A DNA stretch of 64,000 nt, taken from contig OZ245002.1 of the NCBI GenBank assembly GCA_965223415.1, positions 704,001 to 768,000 of the forward strand, written 5' to 3'. This document shows positions 37,483-46,797 of the stretch, one piece after another. This DNA comes from Myxococcota bacterium. Its GTDB lineage: Bacteria > Myxococcota_A > UBA9160 > UBA6930. The notes under the pieces were generated by a model. It ran no database searches and was not told the origin of the DNA. It worked only from the letters and a program-made list of their open reading frames with translations. Both the position numbers and the translations under genes were made by a program. The first letter of the stretch is position 1, and the number at the start of each line of letters is the position of its first letter.

Positions 37483-38853
37483 TTGAGCGCGGCGTCGCAG
37501 CACGGCAGGGGAGCGGACGACGAGCGGCTGCCCCTTCGCACGAAGCTCGTCTACGCCACCGGCGACCACTCGGTCAACCTGGCGCTCTTCTCCCTGCTCG
37601 CGGTGTTCCCGCCCTTCCTCGTCGAGGAAGCGGGCATGCGGCCGGCTCTCGCGGGCCTGGTTCCGCTGATCGGCCGAATCGTCGATGCGTTCACCGATCC
37701 GGCCATGGGCCGCCTCTCCGACCGCACCCCTTGGCGTGCGGGACGTCGCCGGCCCTACCTGCTCATCGGGATGGTGCCCTTCGGCCTGGCCTTCGGTGCG
37801 CTCTGGGCGGCCGTGCCGGCCAGCGAAGGCTATGGCGGATTCGCCTACTACGCCTCCGTCTACGTCCTCTTCAGCCTCGCCAGCACCGTCGTCGGCGTCC
37901 CCTACCTGTCGCTCATCCCCGAGATGACCCACAGCTACGACGAGCGCACTTCGATGAACGCGGCTCGGGCCGTAGGCGCGATCCTCGGCTCCTTGGCGGC
38001 GACGACCCTCCCCCTCATCGCGGCCACCCTTGGCGGAGGCTCCCTCGGCTACCAACGCATGGGAGTGGTAGCCGGCATGTACGTGATGTTGCCATGGGTG
38101 TTCGTGTACGCCGTCACGTTCGAGCGACCGCGTCAGGCGACGGGCCCGGCTGCGAGCCTCTGGAGCAACCTGCGCTCCGTCGCGAAGCTGCGCTCCTACC
38201 GCCTTCTCGTCGGGCTGTTCCTGCTCGGGCGGATCGCGATCGATCTCACTTCGGCGATGTTCATCCCGTTCTTCACCTACCGGCTGCAGAACCCCGATCT
38301 GTTCACGCCGACCCTGGCCATCTTCCTGGGGATGGTGGCCGTCGCTGTGCCGATCTGGTCCGCGATCAGCAGGCGAACCGAGAAGCGGACGATCTTCCTC
38401 TTCGGCGTGGTCTGGTGGATCGGCTCCCAGGCGTTCCTGTTCTTCGCGACGCCGGAGTGGCCCGCCTGGGTGGTCTTCGTGGGCGCCGCCTTCGGAGGCG
38501 TCGGCTACGCCGCCGCCGACATGATTCCCTGGTCGATGCTGGGAGAGGTGGTGGACGAGGACGAGCTCGAGAGCGGAGAGCGTCGCGAGGGGATCTACTT
38601 CGGCCTCTTCACCTTCCTGCGCAAGCTCGGCGGAGCCCTCGGCGTGGCAGGGGCGTACATGGTGCTCGACTGGGCCGGCTACCGCGGCGATCAGCCCGTC
38701 GAAGAGGCACCGGTCGGCTGGATCCGCGCCTTCACCGCTGTCGTCCCGGGCGTCTTCGTCCTGCTCGCGGGCTTCGTCGCCCTCCGCTACCCCCTCGATC
38801 GCGCTCGCCACGCCCAGATCCTCCACCAGCTCGAGGTGCGCCACCGGGGCTGA
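37483..38853 (+). CDS. GPH (MelB/MFS_2) family transporter
   Basis: KLVYATGD, DAFTDPAMGRLSD, GRRRPYLL, PYLSLIPEMT, ERREGIYFG. Confidence 0.92.
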   Translation: MSAASQHGRGADDERLPLRTKLVYATGDHSVNLALFSLLAVFPPFLVEEAGMRPALAGLVPLIGRIVDAFTDPAMGRLSDRTPWRAGRRRPYLLIGMVPFGLAFGALWAAVPASEGYGGFAYYASVYVLFSLASTVVGVPYLSLIPEMTHSYDERTSMNAARAVGAILGSLAATTLPLIAATLGGGSLGYQRMGVVAGMYVMLPWVFVYAVTFERPRQATGPAASLWSNLRSVAKLRSYRLLVGLFLLGRIAIDLTSAMFIPFFTYRLQNPDLFTPTLAIFLGMVAVAVPIWSAISRRTEKRTIFLFGVVWWIGSQAFLFFATPEWPAWVVFVGAAFGGVGYAAADMIPWSMLGEVVDEDELESGERREGIYFGLFTFLRKLGGALGVAGAYMVLDWAGYRGDQPVEEAPVGWIRAFTAVVPGVFVLLAGFVALRYPLDRARHAQILHQLEVRHRG

Positions 38854-38871
38854 GCCGGGCGCGGGGCCCGT

Positions 38872-39483
38872 TCAGGCGCAGAGCAGGCGGCGGAGCTGGG
38901 TCTCGAGCTCGGCGGCGATCTTCTCGGCGTCGCGCTCGCCGCGGTCGACGGCGCGGGCGATCTGCACCTGCATGACCGCCAGGCAGGTGGCGGCGAGGGT
39001 TTCGGCGTCGCCCTTGTGGAACAGGCCTTGGTCCATTCCGGCCCGGAGGATGCCGGTCAGGCGCTCGATGCTGGCCTGCCAGCTCTCGCTGCCGACGCCG
39101 GCGGTCGGACGCAGGCCCCAGCCCAGGCCCTCCGCCAGGGTGATGCGCAGCCAGGCCTCGTGCTCGAGGAGGAAGGCGGCGTAGCCCCGGGCCATGCTGG
39201 CGACCTGGTCGAGGGGGCTCTCGGCGCCGGCCATCGCCTCGCCGACCGCCGCCACGAACTGGCGGCTGCGCTCGGCGTGGATCTCCTGATACAGCTCCTG
39301 CTTGCCGGCGAAGGTGGCGTAGACGGTCTTCAGGGAGACTCCGGCCTCCTTCGCGACGTCCTGCATCGTCGCCTGGTCGAAGCCGCGCTCTCCGAAGACG
39401 TGCTCCGCCGACTCGAAGATCAGCTCGTGATACATGCGGGCGCGGGCATCCTCGAGACGGCTGGTCGCGGCGGCTCGGGCCAT
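38872..39483 (-). CDS. TetR family transcriptional regulator
   Basis: AEHVFGERGFDQATMQDVAKEAGVSLKTVYATFAGKQEL. Confidence 0.92.
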   Translation of the reverse strand: MARAAATSRLEDARARMYHELIFESAEHVFGERGFDQATMQDVAKEAGVSLKTVYATFAGKQELYQEIHAERSRQFVAAVGEAMAGAESPLDQVASMARGYAAFLLEHEAWLRITLAEGLGWGLRPTAGVGSESWQASIERLTGILRAGMDQGLFHKGDAETLAATCLAVMQVQIARAVDRGERDAEKIAAELETQLRRLLCA

Positions 39484-39540
39484 GGGTCCCCCCGGGGTAC
39501 TGAACGATGGTTCAAAGGATAGCGAATCGACTCTACGAGG

Positions 39541-39597
39541 CATATTTTTGTTGATCTTTTGATAACTAATGTTACTCTTATGGATAACAGACATTTT
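39541..39597. promoter_or_regulatory. AT-rich divergent promoter/operator region between tetR and WS/DGAT
   Basis: Strongly AT-rich island; TAAC-N4-GTTA inverted repeat (39563-39574); GATAAC direct repeat 22 bp apart (39561, 39583). Confidence 0.55.
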
Positions 39598-39636
39598 CCA
39601 AGGCCCCGACCGATCGGCGCGGACCCGGAGGAAGAC

Positions 39637-41025
39637 ATGCGACAGCTCGGCGCCCTCGACACCCTGTTCCTCTCCGGTGAGACCCCGGAGACCCCCGGCC
39701 ACATCGGCGGCCTCTCGGTCCTCGATCCCACGGGCCGGGAGAGCTTCGATTTCGACTACCTCCGCGCCTTCCTCGTGGAGCGCCTCGCCAGCGCGCCAGA
39801 GTTCGGCTGGAAGCTCCAGGAGGTGCCCCTCGGCCTGGATCGCCCCTCCTGGGTCGACGATCCCGCCTACACGCCGGAGGACCACGTCCGGCGCCTGGCA
39901 GTGCCCGCGCCCGGCGGCACCCGGGAGCTTCTCGACCTGGCCGGCTACCTGTACGCCCGGCCCCTCCCCAAGGACCGCCCGCTCTGGGAGATCTTCGTGC
40001 TCGAGGGCCTGCAGGGCGGCCGCGTGGCGCTGCTCTGGAAGGTCCACCACTGCCTGATGGACGGCATGTCCGGGGCGGGCCTGAGCAAGGCGCTCTTCGA
40101 CCTCGAGGCCGATCCGGCGCCCCGCCCGCAAGCTGCGCTGAAGGACGAGGACCGGGCAGGAGACGAGGACTCCTGGTGGAGCCAGACCGCCCGCGGCGTT
40201 CGCAACGCGGTGGAGCGACGCCGGGCCCTGCGCAAGCACGTCGGCGCCTACGCCAAGAGCGCGATCGGCTCCCTCTTCTCCGGCGAGGCCGAGAGCGCAC
40301 CGGCCGTCCCGCACGTCAGCTTCAACGGCGCGGTCGGCGCCGAGCGCGCCCTGGCCTGGTCGAGCGTCTCGCTCGAGGACGTGAAGAGCTTGAAGACGCA
40401 GCTCGGCGTCACCGTGAACGACGTGGTGCTCGCCCTCTCGAGCGCCGCCGTGCGCCGCTACCTGGAGGAACGGGGAGAGCTCCCGGTGGAGAGCCTGTGG
40501 GCCTCGGTGCCCGTCTCCCTTCGCGCCGAGGGCGACAAGCAGCTGGGCAACCAGGTCGGCGAGATGAACGTGCTCTGGGCCACGAACGTCGAGGACCCGG
40601 TCGAGCGGGTCCAGGCCATTCATGCGAGCACGAGCGAGGCCAAGGCCCGGACGAAGGACGGCGAGCCGAGCATGCTGGTCGCCCTCAGCGAGAGCCTGAG
40701 CCCGGCCGTCGCCTCTCTGCTGATGCGGGCCACGAGTGCGTTCCCGGATGCGGTGCCCCTGCCCGGCAACGCCTGCGTCTCCAACGTGCCGCTCTCGCCG
40801 AAGCCCTTCTACATCGCCGGTGCCCGGGTCGAGCGGCTGATGCCGATCTCGATGCTCGCGCCCACCCAAGGCCTGAACGTGACGGTGGTCAGCTACTGCC
40901 GCGAAATCCAGTTCGGCTTCACCGTCGACGCGGGCCTGGTCCCGGAGCCCTGGGCCCTGGCCGACGGCGTGCCGAAGGCGATGATCGAGCTCCAGGAAGC
41001 CGTCGCGAGGCAGGCCGTCGCCTAG
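39637..41025 (+). CDS. Wax ester synthase/diacylglycerol acyltransferase (WS/DGAT)
   Basis: RPLWE, KVHHCLMDG (HHxxxDG), TVNDVVL, VPVSLR, SNVP; ATG 39637 with GGAGG SD. Confidence 0.93.
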   Translation: MRQLGALDTLFLSGETPETPGHIGGLSVLDPTGRESFDFDYLRAFLVERLASAPEFGWKLQEVPLGLDRPSWVDDPAYTPEDHVRRLAVPAPGGTRELLDLAGYLYARPLPKDRPLWEIFVLEGLQGGRVALLWKVHHCLMDGMSGAGLSKALFDLEADPAPRPQAALKDEDRAGDEDSWWSQTARGVRNAVERRRALRKHVGAYAKSAIGSLFSGEAESAPAVPHVSFNGAVGAERALAWSSVSLEDVKSLKTQLGVTVNDVVLALSSAAVRRYLEERGELPVESLWASVPVSLRAEGDKQLGNQVGEMNVLWATNVEDPVERVQAIHASTSEAKARTKDGEPSMLVALSESLSPAVASLLMRATSAFPDAVPLPGNACVSNVPLSPKPFYIAGARVERLMPISMLAPTQGLNVTVVSYCREIQFGFTVDAGLVPEPWALADGVPKAMIELQEAVARQAVA

Positions 41026-41043
41026 GCGAGAGCAGCCCTCGGC

Positions 41044-43470
41044 CTAGTCAACCGGGCCGCGCCGCCAGGCGGCGCGGCCCTTCCGTGCCCCGAGCAAGAG
41101 CCCCAGCACGCCCACCAGCTCCGGGCCGAGGCCGCAACCCACCGGCGGCGGGCGGCTCCCGATCACGAGCGCGGCCACCTGCTCCGTCGTGTGGCTGCGC
41201 TCCGGATCGAAGTACCAGTCCTCCTCGATCGCCACGTGGAGCGCATCGTCCTGCACCGCGCCGGCCCCGTAGAGGATGGGCCAACCACCCTCGAGCCCGT
41301 CCATCGCTGCAGAGCCGAGGACGGCGACCTGCGCGAGGAGCGAGGGAGAGACCGGCACTACGTAGGGTGGCACGTCGTCCACGCCGCGTACGCTCTCGGT
41401 GCTCACACTCGCCCGGTAGGGCCGCCCTTCCATCAGGCCCGCGCCGGCCTCTACCACCACGTAGGCCAGGGTCTCCGGAACACGGCCGGTGGGATCCTCG
41501 CCGGTGTGTCGCCCGACGTGGAGATCGGCGGCGGAAGGCGGCTCCTGGGCGGTCGCTCCCCGGGCCCAGAAGGCGGACCACTCGCCGATCGCGCCGGGCA
41601 GCCCCCCGCCGCTTCCCGAGATCACCTGCCCGACGACGACGGGCTGGGTGTAGGCCTGAGCGTAGCTGCGAGCCTGACCGACCCAGGACGACGCGTCGTC
41701 CTTGCCGGTGAAGCCGTCCAGGCGCACGGCTTCGAGGCGGAAGCCCGGCTCGTCGTACACTCCCGCGCGCATCACCACGCACTGCACCTCCTCCGTGGTC
41801 TCCTCACCAGGGAAGGCGCCGAACCACGGACGGCCGAGGCCGACCTCGAAGCCCGTGCCGGAGGCATTGCGCACCCGCGGCACCAGCGGGCCCAGGCCCG
41901 CGACGTCGTAGAGCGGCGTGCACACGACGACCATGTCCGGGCCGTAGTCGACGCCGAGCGAGACCGGCGTCCACGAATCGGTATGGGCACTGCCCTGCCA
42001 GATGCGCAGCGAGAGCCCGGGCGGCTCCAGCAACACGGACACGCCACTCGCGGCCGCCTGGTCGTTGGCCGGATCATCGTCCGCGACCTGGAGGGTGGCG
42101 ACGAGATCGTGGGGCCCGGTCTGGGTCGGCGTCCAGGAGAAGTCGAGCTGCGCGCTGGCGCCCGGTGCGAGAGCCGGTGCCGTGAGGGTGGCGCTGGTGG
42201 TCTCGGTGACGTCGTCGAGCACGACGTCGATCGCCGGCAGCGGCTCGGTGCCGACGTTGCGCACGACGGCGCTCACGGTCGACGTCTGGTTCACGAGGGC
42301 CCAGGACGGAGGGCTCAAGCTCTGGAGCGCGGCGTCGGTCACGGGCCCGGTCGTCCCGCCGTCGTCGATCGTGACGCCGAAGCGATCCAGCACGAAGTCG
42401 ATCCGGCTGACGATGGTGTCGGTCGCGCTGCCGGCGAAGAGGAGGCCCACCGGACTCCGGACCGCGTCGTCGGTGACCACGAGGGAGCCCGAGTCGCCGC
42501 CCGCACTGAAGGCGCCCTGGATCCCGATCTGGTCGGTGAAACGAGCGACCTGCAGGCAGAACTCGTCGTAGCAGACGTCGGTCGTGAGCTGGATGGTGTC
42601 GATCGTGTCCTGGGTGAGGCCGGTCGTGCGGCCGTGCTTCTGGACCGGCAGGCCCTGGAGCAGGCCCAGGTCCTCGTCCCCGAAGACCGCCGGATCGCCG
42701 TAGGCCGCGTGCAGCAGCGGGCGCGGCGCTCCGTAGCCGGGCGCCGAGCCGAACTCGCCCAGGGGCGTGGCGAAGCCCAGCTCCCCCGGCGTGGACACCG
42801 CCAACGCCGCGTCGAAGAGGTTCGTCTGGGTGCAGACCGGGATGATGATGCCGGTGCAGAAGACGATCGGCTCGAAATCGTGAAGGGTTCCGATCGCGTC
42901 GCCGGCGGCCACCGAGCCGCCGTCGAAGGTGCCGGGCTGGATGGCCGCGTCACCGATCAGGCCCAGGTTGATGTTCGCGAGCACGTGGTTGTTGCTGAGC
43001 GCGAAGACCGAGGCGCCGTCGGTCACCCGGGCGCCGATGGTCCCGGCCGTGATCGCCGGGTGACCGATCGAGACGCCGATCGGCACGGGCAACGGCCAGC
43101 GTTCGAGGGTCTGGCAGATGCCGTCACCGCTGGACTCGCAGGTCGCGCCGCGCCGGGCGTGGATCCGCCCGGAGGTGCGCATGCGGAGGGGAACGCCTTC
43201 GAGGGCCGCCGGCAGGCCCGCGACGCCGGGGCGGGCGGTGAGCACGCGGATCACCGGCTCGCCATCGGCCCCGAGCGCCGTGCCGACGCCGACCACGTCC
43301 CGGTGCGCGAGCAGACCCGCCTCGTGACGGCGTTGCACCGCCGTCGCGGCCCGCACGCGAGCGGCGCGGGCGGCCCGTTCGAGCCCGCGCTCGGCGCCGG
43401 GAGGCGCGGCAGCCGCCGGCGGCGCCGCGACGAGGAGAGCGAGAACCAGGAGTCCGAAGCGAACGGTCAT
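41044..43470 (-). CDS. Secreted trypsin-like (S1, Nal1-type) serine protease with CARDB-like domain and C-terminal CGLGxEL anchor
   Basis: Signal peptide; TAGTIGA, LSNNHVLA (His), FDAAL (Asp), KHGRTTG, GGDSGS (Ser); Ig-like VRNVG...WTP...DDDPAND; ends CGLGPELVGVLGLLLGARKGR... Confidence 0.87.
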   Translation of the reverse strand: MTVRFGLLVLALLVAAPPAAAAPPGAERGLERAARAARVRAATAVQRRHEAGLLAHRDVVGVGTALGADGEPVIRVLTARPGVAGLPAALEGVPLRMRTSGRIHARRGATCESSGDGICQTLERWPLPVPIGVSIGHPAITAGTIGARVTDGASVFALSNNHVLANINLGLIGDAAIQPGTFDGGSVAAGDAIGTLHDFEPIVFCTGIIIPVCTQTNLFDAALAVSTPGELGFATPLGEFGSAPGYGAPRPLLHAAYGDPAVFGDEDLGLLQGLPVQKHGRTTGLTQDTIDTIQLTTDVCYDEFCLQVARFTDQIGIQGAFSAGGDSGSLVVTDDAVRSPVGLLFAGSATDTIVSRIDFVLDRFGVTIDDGGTTGPVTDAALQSLSPPSWALVNQTSTVSAVVRNVGTEPLPAIDVVLDDVTETTSATLTAPALAPGASAQLDFSWTPTQTGPHDLVATLQVADDDPANDQAAASGVSVLLEPPGLSLRIWQGSAHTDSWTPVSLGVDYGPDMVVVCTPLYDVAGLGPLVPRVRNASGTGFEVGLGRPWFGAFPGEETTEEVQCVVMRAGVYDEPGFRLEAVRLDGFTGKDDASSWVGQARSYAQAYTQPVVVGQVISGSGGGLPGAIGEWSAFWARGATAQEPPSAADLHVGRHTGEDPTGRVPETLAYVVVEAGAGLMEGRPYRASVSTESVRGVDDVPPYVVPVSPSLLAQVAVLGSAAMDGLEGGWPILYGAGAVQDDALHVAIEEDWYFDPERSHTTEQVAALVIGSRPPPVGCGLGPELVGVLGLLLGARKGRAAWRRGPVD

Positions 43471-43627
43471 CGAGCGCCTCCTCGCGTGTCACTCCGATCC
43501 TAGCTCGGCCCGCCTCCCCGTGTTGGGCTAGAGCCGGCCTCAGAAATGTGAAGCGCGTACCGGCCTTCCTCGGAAGAGACAGGCACGCTGGATATTTCTG
43601 AGACGGGTTTCTAGCCTGCGCCGACCG

Positions 43628-43885
43628 ATGTCCTTCGACGACGAGCAGCCGGTCGTCCCGGACGGCCTCCAGATCCGCGGGCTGCGCCGGGCGCGCGGCT
43701 GGAGCCGCCGGGCCCTGGTCGCCGCGATCTCCGACGCCAGCTTCCGCGAGAGCGGACGCCGGGAGACGATCGCCCCCAACCTGCTGGAGGGCATCGAGGA
43801 GATGAACGAGCCCGTCCCCTACTCGGTGCTCTGCCTGATCGCGACGGGCCTGGACCGCAACCCGGTCGAGCTCGTGCTCTCCTGA
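43628..43885 (+). CDS. Small XRE-type helix-turn-helix protein
   Basis: IRGLRRARGWSRRAL...LEGIEE...LCLIATGLDRNPVELV. Confidence 0.7.
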   Translation: MSFDDEQPVVPDGLQIRGLRRARGWSRRALVAAISDASFRESGRRETIAPNLLEGIEEMNEPVPYSVLCLIATGLDRNPVELVLS

Positions 43886-43905
43886 GGAGCCCGACCCGCA
43901 GGGCT

Positions 43906-45354
43906 TCAGGCGTGGGCGGCCAGCTCGCCCGCCCGTAGCGCGTCGCCGATCGCGGCCTTCACGTTGCCGTGCAGGCCGAAGGAGAGATGGGCGCCCGGGT
44001 ACCACTCGATGCGCGGGCGGTCCCAGTGCTCCCAGAGGTCGCGCACCTGGTCGGCGGGCACCAGCTGGTCGCAGGTGGCGGCGAAGATCGTGCAGCGCTC
44101 CTTCGGCACCACGCGCTCGAGGGCAAGCGGCGCGGCGGGGGTCATGGCCTCCTGCAGCTCGGCCTGGGTCAGCCCTGCGGCTTCCACGGATCGAATCAGC
44201 AGCGGCGGACCGTGTCGCCAGACGAGCCGCGAGTAGTCGGCGGCGGGAATGCCGGGCAGGACGCAGGCCAGGTCGGGTTCGAGGCCCGCGAGCATCGCCG
44301 TGTGATAGCCGCCGAGGGAGAGGCCATACACACCGATGCGTTCTCCGCCCCGCTGGCGGATCCAGCCCAGCATTCGCCGGATGTCCCACGTGGCCTGGGA
44401 GACGGCGTGCACCGCGTCCATGGCATTGCCGGTGAAGAACCCGTCGCCGGAGATGCGCCCGATCTTGCGGGGCCCGTGGAGCGGCAGCACCGGCAGCAGC
44501 ACGTTCATGCCGAGCTGGTGGTGGAGCTCGGCGGCCCGGAAGGCTCCGAGATCGACCAGGGGAGCACCCATCTGGTAGCCGTGGATGCACACCAGCCACG
44601 GCCGGTTCGGCGTGTCGTGCTCGAGCAGCCAGGCGTGGGCGGTTCGGTTCGGCGCGTAGGAGAGCCAGCGGTCGCGGCCGGGCTCGTCCGGGGGCTCGTA
44701 GCCGCTCTCGAAGCGCAGGTGACGGAAGTCGACGCCGCCCGCTCGTCCCGCCGTGAGCGTGGGATCCTCGAGAGGCGGGGGCGCCACGTGGTAGGACGCG
44801 GGCTTCTCCAGCACCCCCCGCTCGGCGAAGAGCGCGCGAGCCTCGGTCACCTCCCGGGCGATCTCCGCCATCTCGCTGCGATCCGGGATCTGCAGGGTCG
44901 ACGCCATGAAGCTCAGGATCGCGTCGTCCCCGGCCACCTCGGCGGCCTTGCGCCAGGTGAGCGGGGAGTCGGGCACGTCGACGACGCCCGGGGTCATCGC
45001 GGCGGTGAGGTGGCCGGCCGCCACCACGGAGAAGGCGGAGAGCCCGGTCAGCACGAGGCCCGCCCACGGGCCCAGGGCGAAGAGCGCGCCGACGCCGAGG
45101 AGCGTTCCGATCAGGCCGCCCAGCGCCATGAAGTGGTGGAGCCGCAGGTCGCCGGGGATGAGCAGCGCGGGCACCCCCGTTCCGAGCAGGAGCAGGCCGG
45201 GGACGAGGCAGACCGCGAAGCCCAGCCAGCCGGCGTCGAAGCCGTAGGACAGCCACAGGAGGCCGGCCAGGATGGCGGGCCAGGTCTCCTTGGGGCCGCG
45301 GAGCGAGGCGCGGGCGTCGTCCTCCGGGTGGATCGTGCTCGGCGAGTGGGTCAT
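43906..45354 (-). CDS. Membrane-anchored alpha/beta hydrolase (ABHD18/DUF2048-like)
   Basis: About four N-terminal TM segments; CIHGY, LPLHGPR, GLSLGG nucleophile elbow, DQLVP, GAH. Confidence 0.82.
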   Translation of the reverse strand: MTHSPSTIHPEDDARASLRGPKETWPAILAGLLWLSYGFDAGWLGFAVCLVPGLLLLGTGVPALLIPGDLRLHHFMALGGLIGTLLGVGALFALGPWAGLVLTGLSAFSVVAAGHLTAAMTPGVVDVPDSPLTWRKAAEVAGDDAILSFMASTLQIPDRSEMAEIAREVTEARALFAERGVLEKPASYHVAPPPLEDPTLTAGRAGGVDFRHLRFESGYEPPDEPGRDRWLSYAPNRTAHAWLLEHDTPNRPWLVCIHGYQMGAPLVDLGAFRAAELHHQLGMNVLLPVLPLHGPRKIGRISGDGFFTGNAMDAVHAVSQATWDIRRMLGWIRQRGGERIGVYGLSLGGYHTAMLAGLEPDLACVLPGIPAADYSRLVWRHGPPLLIRSVEAAGLTQAELQEAMTPAAPLALERVVPKERCTIFAATCDQLVPADQVRDLWEHWDRPRIEWYPGAHLSFGLHGNVKAAIGDALRAGELAAHA

Positions 45355-45462
45355 GGTCCCTCCTCGGATCGCGGCCTTCCGCCGGGGCGGCGGGCCGGAA
45401 GTCGGGCGGCCGGAAGTTACCGACCGCTCCGACCGCGCGCCGCGCCGATGAGAGGAGAACCC

Positions 45463-46788
45463 GTGAGAAGGCTCGACATCCTGGCCGTGCTCCTGCTGGG
45501 CTCGATGGCGGGGCCGGCTCCGGCGGAGGAGACCCGTCTCGAGACCGCCCTGGAGCGAGACGTCACCTCGGTCACCGAGCAGGTGGTGGCCTGGCGGCGC
45601 GACTTCCACGCTCATCCGGAGCTCTCGAACCGCGAGACGCGCACGGCGGGCGTGGTCGCGTCGGTGCTCGAGGAGCTGGGCCTCGAGGTGCGCCGGGACG
45701 TCGCCCACACGGGTGTGATCGGCGTGCTCCGCGGGGGCGGCGGCCCGGGCCCGACCATCGCCCTGCGCGCCGACATGGACGCCCTGCCGGTGACCGAGGC
45801 CACCGGCCTGCCCTTCGCCTCGACGGTGCGCACGACCTACCTGGGACGCGACGTGGGCGTGATGCACGCCTGCGGCCACGACGCCCACACCGCCATCCTA
45901 CTCGGCGCCGCCCGGGTGCTGGCCGGCCGCCGCGCCGAGCTGCCGGGCACCGTGCTCTTCCTGTTCCAACCGGCGGAGGAAGGCGCCCCGCCCGGCGAGC
46001 AGGGCGGCGCCCGTCTCATGCTCGAGGAAGGCGCCTTCGCCGACCCGAAGCCCGACGCGGTGCTGGGGCTCCACGTGGTGCCCCAGTACGAGGCCGGCCA
46101 GATCGCGCTGGTGTCCGGCGGCGCCATGGCGGGCTCGGACCGCCTCCGCATCGTCGTGAAGGGCCGCCAGACCCACGCCGCCTACCCGTGGCTGGGCGTC
46201 GACCCCATCGCCGCGGCCTCGCGCATCGTGCTGGCACTCCAGGCGATTCCCGGCCGGCGCGTCGACGCCCGCCTTCCCTCGATCGTCTCGATCGGAGCGG
46301 TCCACGGCGGCGTCCGCGGCAACATCATTCCAGACGAAGTCGAGCTGCTCGGGACGATCCGTCACACGGATCCGCCCATGCAGGAGCGGCTCCATGCCCT
46401 GGTCCGGGAGACCGCCGTGAGTGCCGCGGAGAGCGCCGGCGCCGAGGCCGTGGTGGAGATCGGCGTCGGCTATCCGGTCACCTTCAACGACCCGGCCCTC
46501 AGCGATCGGGTGCGACCCGCCCTCCTGCGCGCGGCGGGACCGGGCGGCCTGGTGCGCGGCCTGCTGCGCACCGGAGCCGAGGACTTCTCGTTCTTCGCCC
46601 GGGAGGTGCCCGGCGTCTACTACTGGCTCGGCATCCGAGAGCCCGGGGTCGCGGAGCGGGACGCGGCGCCGAACCACTCGCCCCACTTCGTGGTCGACGA
46701 GAGCGCCCTTCCCCTCGGCGTGAAGGCGATGGTGGCGACGACCGCCGATCTGCTGCTCCACGGAACCGGCGCCTCGGCTTCGCGGTAA
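45463..46788 (+). CDS. M20D amidohydrolase/carboxypeptidase (Acy1-like), exported
   Basis: HAHPELSNRE, LRADMDALP, MHACGHDAH, FQPAEEG, GAEDFS, NHSP; GTG 45463 with GAGGAG SD. Confidence 0.92.
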   Translation: MRRLDILAVLLLGSMAGPAPAEETRLETALERDVTSVTEQVVAWRRDFHAHPELSNRETRTAGVVASVLEELGLEVRRDVAHTGVIGVLRGGGGPGPTIALRADMDALPVTEATGLPFASTVRTTYLGRDVGVMHACGHDAHTAILLGAARVLAGRRAELPGTVLFLFQPAEEGAPPGEQGGARLMLEEGAFADPKPDAVLGLHVVPQYEAGQIALVSGGAMAGSDRLRIVVKGRQTHAAYPWLGVDPIAAASRIVLALQAIPGRRVDARLPSIVSIGAVHGGVRGNIIPDEVELLGTIRHTDPPMQERLHALVRETAVSAAESAGAEAVVEIGVGYPVTFNDPALSDRVRPALLRAAGPGGLVRGLLRTGAEDFSFFAREVPGVYYWLGIREPGVAERDAAPNHSPHFVVDESALPLGVKAMVATTADLLLHGTGASASR

Positions 46789-46797
46789 GCTGGCCGC

